Below are positions 1 to 9,579 of a stretch of DNA of 64,000 bases, in pieces. The notes beneath the pieces were generated by a model that was given only the letters and a program-made list of their open reading frames with translations, was not told the origin of the DNA and made no database searches. This DNA is from Phycisphaerae bacterium (GTDB taxonomy: Bacteria > Planctomycetota > Phycisphaerae > Sedimentisphaerales > Anaerohalosphaeraceae), in contig JAOUFG010000002.1 of NCBI GenBank assembly GCA_029858345.1, positions 13,903 to 77,902 on the forward strand. The letters are read 5' to 3'. The position numbers were made by a program, and so were the translations under genes. Each line of letters opens with the position of its first letter. Within the stretch, counting starts at the first letter, position 1.

Positions 1-369
1 GGGGGCATTGACAGCTATCACGACAACAGCATTGTTGTCATACCCATAGCTTTTGGCTTTGTTCTGGTGCCGCCTAAGTTGGTTATTTGAAATACCGGCT
101 TGGACTTTAGATTCAATAATAACAGCCCATGATTCATTGTTACAAAAATAGGCATCCGGCACGCTATTTTGGTTTTCCAGAATAGGCGATTGTTCCTGGC
201 CTGGGAGACTTTGAATGCCAATATCAATGTCTTTGAGAGGTGGAATATTTTTGACTTTAAGCCAACTCAAGAAAGGTCTTATGAGTTTGGGTTCATGATG
301 GAGCGTTGAGATCAAAGCATGGGTCAGCTTGTTCTCTGCCTGATCATATTGGTCAAAAATATTTCGCAA
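1..369 (-). CDS. Partial ORF running off the left edge; possible PD-(D/E)xK-type nuclease
   Basis: My own minus-strand translation from TTG at 369 stays open to position 1 (LRNIFDQYDQAENKLTHALISTLHHEPKLIRPF...SVPDAYFCNNESWAVIIESKVQAG...). The D...ESK stretch resembles a restriction-endonuclease core. It is absent from the track because it has no in-window stop. Start codon uncertain. Confidence 0.4.
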   Translation of the reverse strand, partial: MRNIFDQYDQAENKLTHALISTLHHEPKLIRPFLSWLKVKNIPPLKDIDIGIQSLPGQEQSPILENQNSVPDAYFCNNESWAVIIESKVQAGISNNQLRRHQNKAKSYGYDNNAVVVIAVNAP

Positions 370-384
370 CCGGAATAACCTTAT

Positions 385-642
385 TCAAAACAAGTGCTTT
401 TGATTAAAATCAGTAATAAAACCGTTCTGCCTAAGTATTTCAAGGTAATCGGCCTTAGTGATTCGAACGAAATCATCTATTTTGGCCTGGATCTCCGTGT
501 TCCAATACTCGTCATAGTCGAGAAATTTAGGGTCCAAATCATCACTGAACAAGGGGCCGCTGGTGGACCGGACATGCCCGGCCTCATCGGTCTCAATGGC
601 GAAGATGTCGCCGCTTCGTTTGTGACGGTATAGGGATTTCAT
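385..642 (-). CDS. Hypothetical small protein (85 aa)
   Basis: Track ORF, co-directional with the defence island and ending 15 nt upstream of the partial ORF at 1-369. No recognisable motif. Confidence 0.5.
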   Translation of the reverse strand: MKSLYRHKRSGDIFAIETDEAGHVRSTSGPLFSDDLDPKFLDYDEYWNTEIQAKIDDFVRITKADYLEILRQNGFITDFNQKHLF

Positions 643-753
643 TGTTTTATCTATTATTCCATCTCAACAATTAAGGGTTGCCCAGGGTATCATCGTCAAG
701 CTGCTCAAGCAGTCATCCTTGGCTTCTGATTTTGATGTTCCTTTTAGACATAA

Positions 754-1488
754 CTATTTACCAGCTTTTACAAGTGCATCAAAGTTTTCCATAACCTTCA
801 CCTTCGCTTCTTGACAAGAAATATTCCAGATGTCACTCAAGTCAAAGCATACATCGATTGCTTCCCAAGGCATAATAGGCTTACCGTTCAGAATGGCAAA
901 AGGTCCATCTGACTCCGGCAGCACCAATTCGGAAGGGATTCTTGAAACCAAGTCTTTGCCTTTTTTGCTTTTGAGCATTAGTGAATTGACACTGAAGTAA
1001 CACCTCATTTCGACGGCTTCTTTCAATTCGGTAATCGATCCAGAAAACCAGTGCATTATCTGAATGCCACAATTCGGGTACTTTCTGATGATTGACAATA
1101 TCTTGGAAGCGGCTCCTCTCGAATGAATACTGATGATTCGACCACCGGCTCTTTCACATTCTCGGATAGTGCTATCAAAAATCAGTTCCTGTTTGCCTAA
1201 TGTCTTTGAATACCTCTCAGAGCCATCGATCCCAACCTCTCCGACGAAATCAGTATTGTGGATCGAAGTTAACAGAAGGTCCAGTTCATTGAACTTTTGG
1301 TCAGCGACTTCCGGATGCAAACCGAGAGCGACCTTGATGTTATTGTATCCCTTAAAAACTTGTGAGGTCGCTACCCATGCCCTTGGACTCGTTGTAACAG
1401 CCAGTGTGAAATGGTTTTCATTATTGACCCGGGCGAGGATATCGAGTGCGTTGGGGTATAAATCAAGGTGTGAATGTAGATCGATCAT
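754..1488 (-). CDS. qatD: TatD-family metal-dependent DNase, QatD of a Qat defence system
   Basis: N-terminal MIDLHSHLD (HxH metal site) and TatD-like length. It overlaps the upstream QueC-like gene by 4 nt, in the canonical QatABCD order. Confidence 0.85.
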   Translation of the reverse strand: MIDLHSHLDLYPNALDILARVNNENHFTLAVTTSPRAWVATSQVFKGYNNIKVALGLHPEVADQKFNELDLLLTSIHNTDFVGEVGIDGSERYSKTLGKQELIFDSTIRECERAGGRIISIHSRGAASKILSIIRKYPNCGIQIMHWFSGSITELKEAVEMRCYFSVNSLMLKSKKGKDLVSRIPSELVLPESDGPFAILNGKPIMPWEAIDVCFDLSDIWNISCQEAKVKVMENFDALVKAGK

Positions 1489-2762
1489 ATCACCCCTTTT
1501 TCCCGTAACAGTTCTCCGACCTCGTTAAGCCCTCGTGAAAAAACTCCTTCGAAGTCATTTCGTTCCTGGTCGGCAAAAGACAAGTTTCCAGAGATCAATC
1601 GCTGAATACCTGACTGTTCAGCAACTAAACAAGCGTTGGAAACGGCCCCTACATCGTCGGGATTCCCTTGATTTATCCGATCAAGTTGATCTGAATAATA
1701 ACCACCGGATGTTTCGTCAACTTCTCCCCAGTGTTTGAACGCAGCTCTTCGAACCAAGCACGGAACACATCTGCCACAATGTTGCATTTTATAAACTCGA
1801 TATTTCCCACAACTCACAGATTGAAAAACCAATTCTTTCAATAGATGTTGATTTTTACATTCTGCAAGTATCTCTCCTTTCGTTTTGAACTGATAAGGCA
1901 TTATTAGATTTATACTTATACCTACTGCATGCCAGATATTCTGAATTCCTTTCAAGTAAACAGGATGTGAAGTCTTAGTGCTGAAACTGCCCATGCGCCC
2001 TGAATTGAGTGGGATATTCAAACTGATAAAACCATTTTCGGGTACAAATATGTCAACTGGGGAACCGGGCTGAACTTCGATTGCAGACGTAGCCAAAGCC
2101 GCAAAAGCAAAGAAAACGATTGAGCGGCCTCTTGTCGAACCTTCGGACTCCCCTTGGGGAGGATGAATCTTGTGGCTCCATTGGAAATGAGGGCTTTCAG
2201 ATCTGATCCTTCCAGCATAGGCTCTTTGTGTCTCAGCATCGCCTCTCACAACTTGTGATACGAATATCGGTTTATGGTCGTTTGCTGTCAGATCAATCGC
2301 TCCGACTAAACTATCAACACCGCCCGACAGCAGAGAAACACAGTCACAATCGTATCGTTTCTGCCTTTTTGCTCTTGGAGGATTGACTCCATCATCTTTG
2401 AGATTAAGAGACCAAAAATCCCCTGTAAGAAATCTTAATGTTTTCTCTAATTTTTGCTTCACAGGTTCCCATGCACCTGGATTACAGAGGTGAACGGTTA
2501 ATTCTATTTGTCGTGTCCACCCATCTGCACTGTTGCTTCTTGTCAGGGAATTGTCGGCGGCCGCAACAGCCAAAGCGATTGTATTAAAATCCCATACCTT
2601 TTCTGAAGGACGGATACCAACTCTTTGAATATCCCTTATCAGGGTAGAACCGAAATATCCGACATGTTCTCTTCCAGTATTCGAGTATGTCGAAAAATAC
2701 TTTGTGTCTTCCTCGAGTTGCTGGGGGATGATATTTTCTGGTGCACAAATGATCTTCCTCAT
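1485..2762 (-). CDS. qatC: QueC-like PP-loop ATPase, QatC
   Basis: PP-loop motif LLSGGVDS and a Cys-rich C-terminal segment (CGRCVPC). 4-nt overlaps with both neighbours. Confidence 0.85.
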   Translation of the reverse strand: MRKIICAPENIIPQQLEEDTKYFSTYSNTGREHVGYFGSTLIRDIQRVGIRPSEKVWDFNTIALAVAAADNSLTRSNSADGWTRQIELTVHLCNPGAWEPVKQKLEKTLRFLTGDFWSLNLKDDGVNPPRAKRQKRYDCDCVSLLSGGVDSLVGAIDLTANDHKPIFVSQVVRGDAETQRAYAGRIRSESPHFQWSHKIHPPQGESEGSTRGRSIVFFAFAALATSAIEVQPGSPVDIFVPENGFISLNIPLNSGRMGSFSTKTSHPVYLKGIQNIWHAVGISINLIMPYQFKTKGEILAECKNQHLLKELVFQSVSCGKYRVYKMQHCGRCVPCLVRRAAFKHWGEVDETSGGYYSDQLDRINQGNPDDVGAVSNACLVAEQSGIQRLISGNLSFADQERNDFEGVFSRGLNEVGELLREKGVI

Positions 2763-3607
2763 ACTTCCTCCTCGAACACTTCGAAAGTGATCTTAATAGC
2801 CGTTTGAAGCAAATTGTTCATTTCTGCTTTGGTCGGGTTAGATGTCTCTGTTCTTAATTCTTGTATTTGAGCTGAAATTTCGGATTTAAGATACTCTCGC
2901 ATATCATTCATTCTGGAGACGGCTTCTCTTGGGGAATATTTGGCACTTTCAAAAAGCTGGCCAATATCAAGGTTGATCCGATTGAAAGCTTCGTTGGCCA
3001 TGAATAATTCCATCACGGTCCAAATGCTGTCGTTATCCATATTGAGCAAGTCAACATCGGGGTCGATGGTCAAGAGGTCCGACATGGCTTGGGCCATGGA
3101 ATCCCTGCAAGACTCCTCTTCAAGACTGCCTCCACTTGATACTACCTGATCAATGATTTCGTCGGCAACTTCATATGCCGAAAGATTCTTTGATGTAAGC
3201 TGGTTTACCCAATCCCTGATTTTGGTGTCAGAACTGTCGCGAACTCCTTGCAGGAAATTGAAAAGCCCTGCACCAGCAGAAGTTGACGTCCGCATTCGGC
3301 TGGCAACTTTAGAAGCTCCCCCCATTCCTTTTCGGGAGTAGCTCCCAAGGGCTTTCTTCAAAGAAGCCCTGTTGCCACTACTTGCATATTCACCAAGATG
3401 CCGCCGTGCATTGCCAAATCGTCTTGGAGGAGCAACATCTACAGGCTGTACTGTAGGTTCTGTTTGCTGAGAATTTTGCCCTGATTCAGGAGGTTCACCG
3501 GAAATCTGCTCCAGAGGAGATCCAATTTCCGAAGCTACAGAACTTAGCCAAGGGGGATCAAAAGGGACTCCAGAACCGGGACCTGAACTTGACGAGGAAG
3601 TTCCCAT
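2759..3607 (-). CDS. qatB: QatB-position protein (no known domain)
   Basis: 282-aa ORF between the KAP NTPase and the QueC-like gene, overlapping both (1 nt and 4 nt). Low-complexity Ser/Gly/Pro N-terminus. Assigned by position only. Confidence 0.65.
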   Translation of the reverse strand: MGTSSSSSGPGSGVPFDPPWLSSVASEIGSPLEQISGEPPESGQNSQQTEPTVQPVDVAPPRRFGNARRHLGEYASSGNRASLKKALGSYSRKGMGGASKVASRMRTSTSAGAGLFNFLQGVRDSSDTKIRDWVNQLTSKNLSAYEVADEIIDQVVSSGGSLEEESCRDSMAQAMSDLLTIDPDVDLLNMDNDSIWTVMELFMANEAFNRINLDIGQLFESAKYSPREAVSRMNDMREYLKSEISAQIQELRTETSNPTKAEMNNLLQTAIKITFEVFEEEV

Positions 3608-5472
3608 TATTTACTCCTTGTTTTGCTCTTAATTGCGTTTTTCACTGGAGTTGGTGAGTTTTCATCCGTCTCCCAACGGGACAATAATTCCTTAGCCCAG
3701 CTTTCTGATGATAGTAGAGGGATCAATGCCGGATGTCTTTTCCTAGCGGGTATTTCGTCAAGCATGGCAATGAAAGAAGTCGCCAATTCAGGAAAAGCTT
3801 TGGGGAGATGCAATGCTTGAATGATAACGGTAGACTCCCATTGCTGGTTTCTGGCTCTCCTTTTCATTCGAGTAAGGATTTTTTCTGACTCAATCGCTCC
3901 AATTTGTGTGATATTGGTAATAAGAGGTTGCATCCACCCCTTGGCTTCACAAAGGGCCGTCAGCAACTCTCTCCCTTCAGGAGAAAGTTCATCAAAACTG
4001 GCAAGAGATATTGCCTTGTCCCTGCTCAAATAGAGTAAAGGACGCAGATCAATGTCTGATAGCGGTGGACTTAATTTCAACCAGTCTGAAATAAATGTAA
4101 CCCTCCAAGACTCATGCAGAAATGTGAGTTCTTCTGCCTTGGCAACTTTCCCTTCAAGTTCCTTCAGGAACTCTGGTTTGCCATCCTCGCAGTCACCGAC
4201 TTGCTTGGCAAGATATTCAAACGCGGCGGCAGGTGCGCATCTTTCAAATAGCTGCAGTTTGACCAGTTCTTCAAAAGAAACACTCATTTCTTGGGCTTTG
4301 GCAATTGATTCCCGAATAATAAGGTTATTCAGAAACCTCTTGATGAGTCTCGGATTGCCTGCTATGTGATCTGAGGTTGCCATGATATTAGCGAGCTGGT
4401 CCGCCAAGTCGATTTGAACAGCAAGTTTTGAAGCTGCTCCACCATAAGCGTCTTCGATTACCTTTTTGGTTAGACCGCCAGCCCATGATTTTTTGATAGC
4501 GCGCATGATTGCATCATGACCTTTATCTTTCTCTTCCTGTGTGATTTGACCGCGTCGTTGAGCGAGATCGGCTAAAAGCAAGATCAGATATCCCTTGACC
4601 TCATTGGCTCCGAGACGCGGGACTCTGAGCGGAATCTGAATTAGCTTGTCGAAGTAACTTGTTACAAGTTCATCACTGAGGTCGATATTGCCAAAGTGGG
4701 ATCTCACCGCATTACGGATCATTTGTTCGTCAGCTGCAATGATAAATGCCGTTTGAGGGATGAACAGCAGCAACCGCATTGCCTCAAGTGTGGAGATCGC
4801 CGTGTTAGGTAAACACCGATCGAGATCATCGACCAGAACGACCAGGGTCAGTTCGAGTTCTTCCAGCAACTCCTGGAATAGTGACCTCAGGGCTGCAATC
4901 TCCTTCGGAATAGACTTTTCTTCTTTCTCATTTAGGAGTTTATGCAAATCGGGAGCAACCTGATTATAAGATTCCTTGACCTTGTTTAAGTCCTCTTGGC
5001 TCGGCATTCCACTTTGACCTAACAAACCGCTGACCGCACCTATAAAAGATCCAATAGGACCCGCAACTGCACCACCGGTAATGATTCCAGCGGCAACCGG
5101 AGCCATAAATTTTGCGGTTCTCAACCAATTGATGCGTTTGATAAACTCTTTGGCCTTAACGACACAGGTTTTCCGTGATTCCGCCTCCTCCATTATTTTG
5201 TCAGCGACTTTTTGGAGAAGAGCCATGCGAGCGTCATCATAGCCCTGATACAGCCATGCATTGAAATTGATAAAGATGTAATTTTTTCCACCATCAAGTT
5301 TTTTGATTGACTCACCAATCATTTGAACAAGAGATGACTTACCGGCTCCCCAGCTTCCTGAAACTCCAATGGAGATAGGCTGGCCGTTTCCGTCTTTAAT
5401 CATTTGGGCCGCCGTATCTGCGATAACCTCGAAATTCAATAGGTCTTGAGTTGTTTCTACATCATTCCACAT
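3607..5472 (-). CDS. qatA: KAP-family P-loop NTPase, QatA
   Basis: Walker A GVSGSWGAGKSS, Walker B-like VVLVDDLDRC, and a hydrophobic insert (AAGIITGGAVAGPIGSFIGAVSGLL) typical of KAP NTPases. Confidence 0.85.
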   Translation of the reverse strand: MWNDVETTQDLLNFEVIADTAAQMIKDGNGQPISIGVSGSWGAGKSSLVQMIGESIKKLDGGKNYIFINFNAWLYQGYDDARMALLQKVADKIMEEAESRKTCVVKAKEFIKRINWLRTAKFMAPVAAGIITGGAVAGPIGSFIGAVSGLLGQSGMPSQEDLNKVKESYNQVAPDLHKLLNEKEEKSIPKEIAALRSLFQELLEELELTLVVLVDDLDRCLPNTAISTLEAMRLLLFIPQTAFIIAADEQMIRNAVRSHFGNIDLSDELVTSYFDKLIQIPLRVPRLGANEVKGYLILLLADLAQRRGQITQEEKDKGHDAIMRAIKKSWAGGLTKKVIEDAYGGAASKLAVQIDLADQLANIMATSDHIAGNPRLIKRFLNNLIIRESIAKAQEMSVSFEELVKLQLFERCAPAAAFEYLAKQVGDCEDGKPEFLKELEGKVAKAEELTFLHESWRVTFISDWLKLSPPLSDIDLRPLLYLSRDKAISLASFDELSPEGRELLTALCEAKGWMQPLITNITQIGAIESEKILTRMKRRARNQQWESTVIIQALHLPKAFPELATSFIAMLDEIPARKRHPALIPLLSSESWAKELLSRWETDENSPTPVKNAIKSKTRSK

Positions 5473-5485
5473 AAGTAACTATTCC

Positions 5486-6268
5486 TTAAAGAGACATGCC
5501 TTGTCCAACCCTGTCAACTTGGTTTAATGACAATGAAATTTCATATTCCATTGCATGTATCTCTGGATCACTGGCGATGGCATAGCGAATTTTATCTGAT
5601 ATGTTTTGGGCAATAATGATTCCCCTCACAGGCTTCCCATTTGCAAGGTTAATTTTTACCCAGTTCTTATATCGAAGCACCTGTGCAGGCGCATAATCTG
5701 GGCCACGGGCAACTTTCAGCTCGATTATAACGAATTTCCCGTTTTGATCCACAGCTAGAATATCGATAAAACCAACGCCAATGGAATATTCAACACCGTC
5801 TTTTCCTTCGTCGTCAACGTAAAGCTCCAATCCTTCTTCCACTATGTGTAAGTTTTGGGCAAGATAATCTCTCAAATGCGATTCAGCGGCAAAACAAGTA
5901 CCAACTTCGTCGGGTTCAGTTTTTCCAGGAGGCTCCTCGGGCGATCCATCGGTTTTTCGGACACCCAATTTCCCATTATCCGAACAATAAATTTCCCATA
6001 TGCCATGTTTCTGGGGATCATACATTTCTAAGAGACCTGAACTAGGTCGGTAGAGAAAATCATAAGCCCCGTTAGCAATTCGAGGTTTTTTATTTTGGGG
6101 ATAATGAATTCGGGAGTCATGATTTACCGTACATACAATAATCTGGCAATTTATCGTATTAGCATTTGTTTGAGGATGTCTTTTCAGTATCCAGTTTTTT
6201 ACCGATTTATTGGTAAAGCTGTCTCCCAGTTCATCCGCAGCTTGTTTAACCATTTCCCAGACAGACAT
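5486..6268 (-). CDS. NucS/DUF91-like PD-(D/E)xK nuclease with an unassigned N-terminal domain
   Basis: C-terminal GFIDILAVDQNGKFVIIELKVARG...QVLRYKNWV matches the NucS-type D...ExK core. It ends only 13 nt upstream of the qatA start. Confidence 0.65.
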   Translation of the reverse strand: MSVWEMVKQAADELGDSFTNKSVKNWILKRHPQTNANTINCQIIVCTVNHDSRIHYPQNKKPRIANGAYDFLYRPSSGLLEMYDPQKHGIWEIYCSDNGKLGVRKTDGSPEEPPGKTEPDEVGTCFAAESHLRDYLAQNLHIVEEGLELYVDDEGKDGVEYSIGVGFIDILAVDQNGKFVIIELKVARGPDYAPAQVLRYKNWVKINLANGKPVRGIIIAQNISDKIRYAIASDPEIHAMEYEISLSLNQVDRVGQGMSL

Positions 6269-6339
6269 AAAACAATCTCCTTACATTTCATTGGATTAAT
6301 GGCCTTATAATCCAAAAACCATTATTTCTTCACAAACAC

Positions 6340-9300
6340 TTACGCATATACCTTCCCGAACAATAGAGACACATAATCCTGATCGTCGTCCATGAACAGG
6401 ATGTTATGGGCATGGAACATTTCCATGCCTGCTCCCGCGGCCCAGTGGGATATTTCACTGTATCGGGTCGGGGACAGGATAAATGAATTCAAAACGACGG
6501 TTTCATCCTGCAGACGCTGGCGCTCTATTCGCTTAATCGTTTCATTGAAGCGAATCTTGCTGTCATCAAAACTGCGGGCATTGCGCAGGCCATGCGGATC
6601 AATGAACGTGATATACTGCTTATCTTCATCCAGCAGCCACATGATGAAGTCCGGATAGAAATTGCCTTCTTCAAAGAAACTGATGCCCTTGCCGCGGCTT
6701 TGATTGCGTAGGACGTAGAGTTCCTTGCCGTCAAGAAACTCACCGGCGTTTGCCTGGCACCACGTTTTCAGGTCTTCAATGAATTTTTTCTCGTATTTAT
6801 TCAGGTGGGTTGGTTTGACGGAAATGCCCACGCTGCCCTGTGCAACATGGATCAACGGCTGGTATAAATGCTTGTCAAAATTGAACACTGACAGACTGGC
6901 ACACTCGTACTCCTGCAGCTGACCCTGCTGAAGCCGTTCACTGACGACATGCAGGTCCTGAATCAACTGTTCCTGACTCTTTTCAATCGCGGCTCGATAT
7001 TCAATCCGCAAGTTCTGCAGGAATTGTTTGTTGTGGCGTTCCTCCGGATCATCCATGACCTGCTGAATGGTTCGGTATTCCTGATACGGGGCCTCAAATT
7101 CATCCTTGTGGAAATTGTAGAATTTGCGGCAGTATTTCTGCAGCAGGTCGGCGGCGATTTCCTGCCAAATATCAACCTTGCCGAAATTAGAAAACTCCAG
7201 CAGGTGGTTGGGGATGCACAGAACATACCAGTCCGTTTGCGATAATAATTCGCGGATAGACTCTTTGCTGATTTGAAGATTATACATCGCATTCTGCTTC
7301 TTGAAATGCAGCAGGTCCAGATACAGCTTGTCATAATCCAGAAACAGACGGTTCTCCGGTTTCAGCGATGTTTCATTAAAATGGTTCTCGTCCGTTGAAT
7401 GCAAATCATAGCGGGTGGTCCGGCTGTCCAGACGGCCATACCAATCCGCTGAGACTGTGGTACGGATTCGGTCATCCCGGCTCAATACCGGTTTGACTTC
7501 TTTTTTGAAGTCCGGCATATCCCGTTTAGGCAAAATAACCTTCAAATCCGTACGGGCCAGATTTTCCAGTGTCGGCAGGACAATGATTTCGGTTTTCTTT
7601 TCCGAATCGACATCCTCTTCCTCGATGTATTCATTAAACGCCTGCATATAATCGGCACGAATCCCGAATACATTCAGTGTTTCCAACTCCGCGATATATT
7701 GCGGGTGCTCAACTTCCGGCAGGTGGCCGCTGCGTTTCAGACAGAAATCCAATCCTTTCAGGCGAACACCACGACCGAATAACTGGATGATCTGAGAGCC
7801 CTCGTTGCGGCCGATATTGACCAGCCCCATGCAACTGACGCGCCAGCAGTTCCAGCCCTCAATAAACTTCTTGGCACCCACCAGCAACCGGATTTTGCTG
7901 TTGGGAGATTTAATCTCATCGAACAGAGACACTGAAAACTCCTGTTCGGTGCAAACAATTGTCTCGCCGTGACGGGCCTGCAGCAAATCCCACAGCTTTT
8001 TGGGGTCGCCAACATTGATGACACCGAAGTACTCGCCGCCATCGCCAATCCGCAGACCGATTTCACTGCCGCTGCCTTTAAGATGAACGGCATGGAGCAG
8101 GCCGCGGCCTGTGGTATTGAACACGACCTCCAGAATGTCCCTGAATAGGCGGGTCGCTGAATCTGTTTCGGTTGCCGGAAACAGGTGGGTGATGTAATTA
8201 AACGCATTGCGAAAGACCAGACCATCCTGATCGTGAAGGTCGTCGCGATGGCGAATCAGCAAATCCAGCATCCGGATGCTGTCCCGTTCGTCGGCAATAA
8301 AATCGGCAAAAAACTTCAGTGCCGTTACCACGTCTGTATCGTGCGTTTGCTGACGCTGGCCGGTGACCGAACCACCAACAAACACCATCAGCGGATCGTC
8401 AACCAGATAACTGGCATATTGACCCTTGCGGTCCTTGTATAAGCGGCATTGCTGATAAAACCGTATCAGGCAGGCGGTCAGATAAATCTTGTGCTGCTGG
8501 TCAATCGCGCCGCCTTCTTCCTGGCGATAGTTGAGAATATGAAAATCCTTGCCGTAACCGTCGCCAAAGAAGAATTTATACGAATAGTCAAAAATCACGC
8601 TCTTGGCATAAAGCTGGCCCATTTCCTTTTGTTTATTTCCGGACAGCGCATTGACCGACTGACCGAAGGTGGCGGAGTATTCAAATGAAAATCCATCCTC
8701 ACAAAGCTGCTGGCGTTTGCTGAACCATTCCTCGCCGCCTGAGCCGCGATGGCCTTCATCGACCATGACAACATTATTGCGGCCAAATTCATCGACCGAA
8801 ACGGTCGTCACACCGGTCTTTTCCTTCAGTTTGGTGATTTCGATGACCTCGATGATGGCCTTGTTCAGCAAGGCACCACGGTCGCGTTCGTAGCGTTCGG
8901 CGGGGATTCCGGACAGATCGAATTCCTCCAGATGTTGTTCGGAAAGCCCCTCATTGGGCGTAATCAGGATGTATTTGTTAAAATGGCGGTCCAGTTTACG
9001 CTGTTTAAGGTAATCATCCAACTGGCGGATATTGCAGTGCATAATCAGCGTCTTGCCGCCGCCGGTGGCGATCCAGTAGGCCAGCTTGGTCAAATCCTGT
9101 CCCGTAAACGGTTCGACATGGTCCGATGCTGCACCGCGACCGGTAAACCGCAGGTTGAAGGTTTCACAAAACGCATTCAACTCATCCAGCAGGGTTGTCT
9201 GGCGCTGCTGAAGGTCACGGGTCCAGCGATCCAGATAGTATTCGGTAAACAACAGGGAGAGATACTGAAAATACAGCGGGAAAATATCCCGGTGCTCGAC

Positions 9301-9564
9301 CGTGCGGCGTTTACGGGTGATCTGTTCCCAGTGCCGGTAGATGTTCTGGTCGTATTCAACCAATAAATCATTACCGACCGTCCGATGCGACGGCAGGGAC
9401 AGTTCAAGCTGCCTGCGGAAATAAAAGACATTCTGCTCATCCCAGCCGGTTTGCGTCTCTTTAAGGGACCGGCTGAGTTTACGCATGCCGTTTTGGGTAT
9501 CGGTATAGCCAAGCTGACCAAACAGCCATTCGTTCAGGACCAGTCGTTTATCCAATCGTGCCAT
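6340..9564 (-). CDS. Type III restriction Res-like SF2 helicase with a divergent C-terminal nuclease-like motif
   Basis: Walker A ATGGGKTLIM, DEGH box (VMVDEGHRG), and C-terminal FYPDFIMW...ITFIDPHG resembling the Res YxPDF...ExKG motif. It lies 15 nt downstream of the methyltransferase gene. Confidence 0.8.
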   Translation of the reverse strand: MARLDKRLVLNEWLFGQLGYTDTQNGMRKLSRSLKETQTGWDEQNVFYFRRQLELSLPSHRTVGNDLLVEYDQNIYRHWEQITRKRRTVEHRDIFPLYFQYLSLLFTEYYLDRWTRDLQQRQTTLLDELNAFCETFNLRFTGRGAASDHVEPFTGQDLTKLAYWIATGGGKTLIMHCNIRQLDDYLKQRKLDRHFNKYILITPNEGLSEQHLEEFDLSGIPAERYERDRGALLNKAIIEVIEITKLKEKTGVTTVSVDEFGRNNVVMVDEGHRGSGGEEWFSKRQQLCEDGFSFEYSATFGQSVNALSGNKQKEMGQLYAKSVIFDYSYKFFFGDGYGKDFHILNYRQEEGGAIDQQHKIYLTACLIRFYQQCRLYKDRKGQYASYLVDDPLMVFVGGSVTGQRQQTHDTDVVTALKFFADFIADERDSIRMLDLLIRHRDDLHDQDGLVFRNAFNYITHLFPATETDSATRLFRDILEVVFNTTGRGLLHAVHLKGSGSEIGLRIGDGGEYFGVINVGDPKKLWDLLQARHGETIVCTEQEFSVSLFDEIKSPNSKIRLLVGAKKFIEGWNCWRVSCMGLVNIGRNEGSQIIQLFGRGVRLKGLDFCLKRSGHLPEVEHPQYIAELETLNVFGIRADYMQAFNEYIEEEDVDSEKKTEIIVLPTLENLARTDLKVILPKRDMPDFKKEVKPVLSRDDRIRTTVSADWYGRLDSRTTRYDLHSTDENHFNETSLKPENRLFLDYDKLYLDLLHFKKQNAMYNLQISKESIRELLSQTDWYVLCIPNHLLEFSNFGKVDIWQEIAADLLQKYCRKFYNFHKDEFEAPYQEYRTIQQVMDDPEERHNKQFLQNLRIEYRAAIEKSQEQLIQDLHVVSERLQQGQLQEYECASLSVFNFDKHLYQPLIHVAQGSVGISVKPTHLNKYEKKFIEDLKTWCQANAGEFLDGKELYVLRNQSRGKGISFFEEGNFYPDFIMWLLDEDKQYITFIDPHGLRNARSFDDSKIRFNETIKRIERQRLQDETVVLNSFILSPTRYSEISHWAAGAGMEMFHAHNILFMDDDQDYVSLLFGKVYA

Positions 9565-9579
9565 ATCTGGGTCGGGCTC

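Noticed and set aside
18-227. Track ORF (69 aa, minus strand) at the left edge
   Set aside because: A different minus-strand frame is open across the whole 1-369 interval and has a nuclease-like motif. The 69-aa ORF is most likely a shadow frame.
8749-9366. Long antisense or overlapping ORFs inside large genes (also 11431-12123, 13498-14061, 16276-16905, 28305-29054, 29575-30555, 31445-32032, 36346-36966, 41471-42094, 43242-43802, 48767-49450, 53508-54107)
   Set aside because: Each lies entirely within, and opposite or out of frame to, a longer ORF with recognisable motifs or operon context. Their translations are low-complexity or Arg/Pro/Gly-rich, as expected for shadow frames.
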